Below, in pieces: positions 60,124 to 64,000 of a DNA stretch of 64,000 bases (the stretch's first letter is position 1; each line of letters starts with the position of its first letter). Under the pieces are notes generated by a model. That model was not told the origin of the DNA and did no database searches. It worked only from the letters and a program-made list of their open reading frames with translations. The translations under genes were made by a program, and so were the position numbers. Source of the stretch: Chitinophagaceae bacterium (lineage in GTDB: Bacteria > Bacteroidota > Bacteroidia > Chitinophagales > Chitinophagaceae); the NCBI GenBank assembly GCA_044373365.1, contig JBIPNK010000006.1, forward strand, positions 13,254 to 77,253, given 5' to 3'.

Positions 60124-61035
60124 ATGGTAAACATCACACATAAATCATCTACCCTGCGTGAGGCTATTGCAATGGGTATTCTCACTGTTTCAAAGCAGGA
60201 AACCATTGATGCTATCGTCAACAGGAAAGTGCCCAAAGGGGATGTATTTGAATTCAGTCGCGCAGCCGGTTTGCTGGCCTGCAAGAAAACCTATGAGGTG
60301 ATTCCCGATTGTCACCCTTTGCCTGTTGAATATACAGCCATCACGCATGAGATTGAAGGGCTGAATATCATCATCAGGGTTGAAGTACATACTGTCTATA
60401 AGACAGGCGTAGAGGTGGAGGCCATGCATGGAGCCGCCATCACCGCATTGACCATGTATGACATGTTGAAGCCCATTGATGATTCCATTGAAATATCTTC
60501 CATAAGGCTTGAAAAAAAGAAAGGGGGCAAAAGCGATATCAAATATGCATATCCAGACACCTTAAGGGTGGCGGTCATCACTTGTAGCGATACTGTCAGC
60601 AAGGGTTTGAATGTCGACAAGAGTGGAGATGTGATTGAAGAAAAGCTAAAGAAGCACAGGCTCACTGTTTCCCATAGACAGGCCATTGCGGATGAGTTTG
60701 ATGCGATTCAGGCAACAGCCAGGCAATTGATCGCTGAAGGATTTCAACTGATTTTATTTACCGGAGGAACAGGACTTTCTCCAAGGGATGTAACGCCAGA
60801 TGCTATTAGGCCATTGATTGAGCGAGAGGTGCCAGGCATCATGGAGGCTGCAAGAGATTATGGACAGCAACGTACTCCTTATGCCATGCTGAGCAGAGGA
60901 ATTGCAGGATTTGCAGGAGAAACGCTGCTCATAACTTTGCCCGGATCACCAAGGGGTGCAGCAGAAACCATGGATGCATTGTTTCCTTATATCCTTCATG
61001 TGTTCAGGGTTAGAGAAGGCGTTAGGCATGATTAA
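60124..61035 (+). CDS. moaC: Bifunctional MoaC + MoaB/MogA fusion
   Basis: IPDCHPLP and TGVEVEAM (MoaC); TGGTGLSPRDVTP and TLPGSP (MogA/MoaB). Confidence 0.92.
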   Translation: MVNITHKSSTLREAIAMGILTVSKQETIDAIVNRKVPKGDVFEFSRAAGLLACKKTYEVIPDCHPLPVEYTAITHEIEGLNIIIRVEVHTVYKTGVEVEAMHGAAITALTMYDMLKPIDDSIEISSIRLEKKKGGKSDIKYAYPDTLRVAVITCSDTVSKGLNVDKSGDVIEEKLKKHRLTVSHRQAIADEFDAIQATARQLIAEGFQLILFTGGTGLSPRDVTPDAIRPLIEREVPGIMEAARDYGQQRTPYAMLSRGIAGFAGETLLITLPGSPRGAAETMDALFPYILHVFRVREGVRHD

Positions 61036-61041
61036 ACCAAC

Positions 61042-62190
61042 ATGAGTGTAGACCCCATATATTTTGATTATAATGCTTCCACACCCTGTGATCCTCAAGT
61101 GGTGGAAGCCATGTTGCCATACTTCTCCCAACATTTTGGGAATGCTTCCAGCAAAACCCATGCACATGGATGGTTTGCTGATGATGCAGTTTCCCAGGCG
61201 CGTGAGCAGGTAGCCTCCTTGATAGGTGCTGATGCAAAGGAGATCATCTTTACATCTGGTGCTACCGAGTCTATCAACCTTGCCATTCAAGGTTTGGCGC
61301 AGAAGCATGTTTCAAGAGGAAAACATATCATCACTGTTGCCACTGAGCACAAGGCCGTATTGGATGTTTGTGCATATTTAGAGGAGCAGGGATACAACAT
61401 CACCTATCTTCCGGTTGATGCGATGGGCATGATAGCGCTTGATCAGTTGGAGGGATCTATTCGAAAAGACACGGTGCTGATCGCTGCCATGTATGCCAAC
61501 AACGAAACGGGTGTTATACACCCTGTTGCTGCTATTGGACACATTGCCCAACAACATTCCATTCCTTTTTTTTGTGATGCCACACAGGCTGTGGGAAAGA
61601 TTCCAGTAGATGTACAGGCAGATTATATCGATATGATGGCCTTCTCAGCCCACAAGATGTATGGTCCAAAAGGAGCAGGTGCGCTGTTTATCAGAAAAAA
61701 AAATCCGCTATTGGAAATACCTCCATTGTTTTTCGGAGGTGCCCACGAACGAAAATTGCGCAGTGGCACATTGAACGTGCCGGGGATAGTAGGCATGGGA
61801 AAAGCTGCTGCATTGTGTCAGACGATGATGGCTTCAGATGCAAAGCGCTTGCTAGATCTTCGTGATATGTTTTGGAAGGAAATTGGGGCTATTGAAGGAG
61901 TTGAGTGGAATGGACAACAAGATCAATCGCTTACACATGTTGCCAATATTTGTTTTGATGTTGAAGGTGGAGACAAACTGATCAAAATGTTGTCTAAACA
62001 TGTATCCGTCTCTTCTGGCGCTGCATGCTCATCAGCTACCGTAGAACCATCACATGTATTGAAAGCCATGGGCCTCTCAGACGCTAAAGCACACTCTTCT
62101 ATCCGCTTTAGTTTTGGTAGATTCACCACTTTGCAGGAAATCACTATAGCAATAGAAGAAATCAAAAAAGCGGTATCTCGCTTGTCTTGA
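61042..62190 (+). CDS. iscS: Group I cysteine desulfurase (IscS/NifS-like)
   Basis: YFDYNAST, ANNETG, FSAHKMYGPKG and SSGAACSS motifs. Confidence 0.92.
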   Translation: MSVDPIYFDYNASTPCDPQVVEAMLPYFSQHFGNASSKTHAHGWFADDAVSQAREQVASLIGADAKEIIFTSGATESINLAIQGLAQKHVSRGKHIITVATEHKAVLDVCAYLEEQGYNITYLPVDAMGMIALDQLEGSIRKDTVLIAAMYANNETGVIHPVAAIGHIAQQHSIPFFCDATQAVGKIPVDVQADYIDMMAFSAHKMYGPKGAGALFIRKKNPLLEIPPLFFGGAHERKLRSGTLNVPGIVGMGKAAALCQTMMASDAKRLLDLRDMFWKEIGAIEGVEWNGQQDQSLTHVANICFDVEGGDKLIKMLSKHVSVSSGAACSSATVEPSHVLKAMGLSDAKAHSSIRFSFGRFTTLQEITIAIEEIKKAVSRLS

Positions 62191-62310
62191 TTGTTGATTT
62201 GGGTGGATGTAGATTGGATATAGTTCAATACTTTTTAGCAAATTTTTTTCATAGGATCTGAATATTCCAGCACCAAGTTTTGTAATTTTATAGAGACTAA
62301 AATTACTCAA

Positions 62311-62371
62311 GTGAACACCGACCTGGCCAAACAATTGTCCTTACTTGCCTTCCTGAGGTCGGCCTGTTCAC
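62311..62371 (+). other. Predicted leader hairpin overlapping a 23-codon GTG ORF
   Basis: GTGAAC pairs with GTTCAC and CCGACCT pairs with AGGTCGG; located 70-130 nt upstream of the dehydrogenase ATG. Confidence 0.4.
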
Positions 62372-62439
62372 ATGTTCCATAAATTCAGCATTTCCAATCG
62401 TTTTTTTCCGCATTTTTTCAATCATTTAAACTTTTTCAA

Positions 62440-63495
62440 ATGAAGACGATACTCGTTTTTGGAATGGGAAAGGTGGGCACATTGGTAGGCATTTTGCTGA
62501 ACAAGCGTTTTGCTGTCACCGGATTTGATAAAAACATTCCCACAGAACCCACTGGATTTGACTGCATCCAAGGGGATATTCATGATCAGTCTCTCCTGGA
62601 GCAAACCATTCCTCAGTTTGATGCAGTGGTTTCCTGCATGCCATATAATTTGAATCTTTCCATTGCGCGCATCGCCCATGCGCATGGCATCCATTATTTC
62701 GACCTTACCGAAGATGTTCCCACAACTGAAGCCATCATGCAGATGTCTCTGACAGCAACGGCAGTCATGGCGCCACAATGTGGACTGGCGCCCGGTTTGA
62801 TTGGCATCATTGGCGCCAACCTTGCTCATCGCTTCACCAAACTTCGAGACATTGAACTCCGTGTAGGTGCATTGCCCCGTTATCCCAACGGGTTGCTGGC
62901 CTATTCTTTCACATGGTCGCCTGCCGGTGTGATCAACGAATACATCAACGATGCTGAAGTGATCCACAATGGCACAAGGAAAATGGTTCCGTCACTTGAC
63001 GGAATCGAAAGCATCAATATTGAAGGAAGGGATTACGAAGCCTTCAGTACCTCCGGTGGTTTGGGTACCATGTGCCAGACCTATGCAGGAAAGGTGGATA
63101 CCCTAAATTATAAAACCATCCGTTACCCGGGTCATGCACAACTCATGCGTTTTCTGTTGTATGAGTTGATCCTGAAAGACAAACGCGAACTGGTGGAATC
63201 GATTTTAACAGAAGCCAAACCTCCGGTAGAAGATGATGTAGTTCTGGTTTATGCCGTTGTTGAAGGATGGAAAGGCAATGCACTTGCCAGGGAAGAATAC
63301 TACCGCTCCTTCCATCCCATCGACATCAACGGGAAAAAGTGGAGGGCCATTTCATGGACCACCGCCGCTTCAATTGCTGCAGTGGTGGAAATGGTGGCTG
63401 ATCAGAAGCTACCTCAAAAAGGTTTTCTCAAACAGGAAGAAATAGATTTCAGTACCTTTCTGGAAACACAAAACGGACAATTGTTTAAAGGATAA
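62440..63495 (+). CDS. Saccharopine dehydrogenase family / L-lysine 6-dehydrogenase-like protein
   Basis: Rossmann GMGKVG; YFDLTED, CGLAPG, RVGALP, FTWSPAGVINEY and YKTIRYPGH motifs. Confidence 0.85.
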   Translation: MKTILVFGMGKVGTLVGILLNKRFAVTGFDKNIPTEPTGFDCIQGDIHDQSLLEQTIPQFDAVVSCMPYNLNLSIARIAHAHGIHYFDLTEDVPTTEAIMQMSLTATAVMAPQCGLAPGLIGIIGANLAHRFTKLRDIELRVGALPRYPNGLLAYSFTWSPAGVINEYINDAEVIHNGTRKMVPSLDGIESINIEGRDYEAFSTSGGLGTMCQTYAGKVDTLNYKTIRYPGHAQLMRFLLYELILKDKRELVESILTEAKPPVEDDVVLVYAVVEGWKGNALAREEYYRSFHPIDINGKKWRAISWTTAASIAAVVEMVADQKLPQKGFLKQEEIDFSTFLETQNGQLFKG

Positions 63496-63505
63496 ATTAC
63501 AGCAT

Positions 63506-64000
63506 ATGAACAAGATACAAGGACTCCAAATTGTAATGGATGCATTGATGGACAAGTACAGTGATCGCGTGCCGGATGTAAAAAAAATCATACAGGCCAT
63601 GATTGACAAGGGAATCATCAACAAAGCCGATGATATCCAGAATGATCATATTGCTTTTCGTTCACTGGGCCTGCCACAACTGGGTATTCAATCGCTGGAG
63701 AAAATTTTTCTACACTACGGCTATACCAAAAGAGAGCATTTGAATTTTGAAGCCAAGAAGCTGGATGCCTACTGGTATGCCCCTCCCGCACCCAATTTTC
63801 CCCGCATTTTCATCAGTGAGCTGAGGGTTCATCAACTGAGTGAACAGGCGCAAGCGATACTGCATTCATACACAGATGAAGTTGCCCATGATCCGGTAGA
63901 CGACCTGAACCTTGATGATCCCAAGGCTGTTGGTGAGTTCTTGCACCAGGGGTTGTGGAGACTGCCAACAGTTGAAGATTATCAAGCCCTGCAGGCCGAA
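63506..64000 (+). CDS. DUF1338 protein (HglS/YdcJ-like 2-oxoadipate dioxygenase/decarboxylase family), truncated by the window end
   Basis: Manual translation MNKIQGLQ...NDHIAFRSLG...HYGY...KKLDAYWYAPP...PRIFISEL; open to base 64000; not in the ORF track. Confidence 0.8.
   Translation, partial: MNKIQGLQIVMDALMDKYSDRVPDVKKIIQAMIDKGIINKADDIQNDHIAFRSLGLPQLGIQSLEKIFLHYGYTKREHLNFEAKKLDAYWYAPPAPNFPRIFISELRVHQLSEQAQAILHSYTDEVAHDPVDDLNLDDPKAVGEFLHQGLWRLPTVEDYQALQAE

Noticed and set aside
53464-62190. Compositional (GC) evidence for horizontal acquisition of the Moco cluster
   Set aside because: Spot counts of two 60-nt lines were inconsistent (33% and 48% GC), and no boundary repeats were seen. A sliding-window GC/codon analysis is needed.
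62190-62440. Canonical lysine (L-box) riboswitch
   Set aside because: It lacks the conserved AGAGG-GC start, loop-E/kink-turn motifs and ~170-nt multi-stem layout. The hairpin is reported separately.
317-63624. Numerous 60-220 aa ORFs overlapping the called genes (e.g. 7018..7641, 21641..22294, 16692..17267, 34140..34664)
   Set aside because: They are antisense or alternate-frame shadows of well-supported genes, with no recognisable motifs.
1-64000. CRISPR array, IS/transposase, integrase, prophage, tRNA, rRNA
   Set aside because: By eye I found no regularly spaced direct repeats, terminal inverted repeats, recombinase ORFs or RNA-gene signatures. A tRNAscan/Infernal/CRISPR-finder run would be definitive.

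Overview
Gene-dense chromosomal window from a Bacteroidota bacterium, probably Chitinophagaceae-like. Evidence: T9SS type-B CTD proteins, a PorP/SprF protein, SusC/SusD, and TAnnTTTG -7 promoter elements. Contents from left to right: (1) a T9SS cargo cassette with one PorP/SprF and three ~1000-aa CTD-B proteins; (2) a SusC-SusD-DUF4397 operon with no CAZyme, next to a gamma-glutamyltransferase; (3) a mixed region with secreted hydrolases, an MFS transporter, a YdiJ-like FAD/Fe-S dehydrogenase, higBA-alkB, a DUF2339 protein and a wHTH/DUF4153 operon; (4) two divergent TonB-dependent receptors flanking an internally deleted isocitrate dehydrogenase remnant; (5) a Tat-signal IorAB-type molybdoenzyme with a near-complete Moco/MCD biosynthesis cluster that contains a TauE/SafE transporter but no modABC; (6) the start of a lysine-catabolic operon (lysine/saccharopine dehydrogenase family plus DUF1338). 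Three elements are missed or misread by the ORF track: a 54-aa basic protein (22389-22553), the icd remnant (47321-47558) and the truncated DUF1338 gene (63506->64000). I saw no rRNA, tRNA, CRISPR array, transposase or integrase. All family assignments come from motif recognition by eye, not from database searches.
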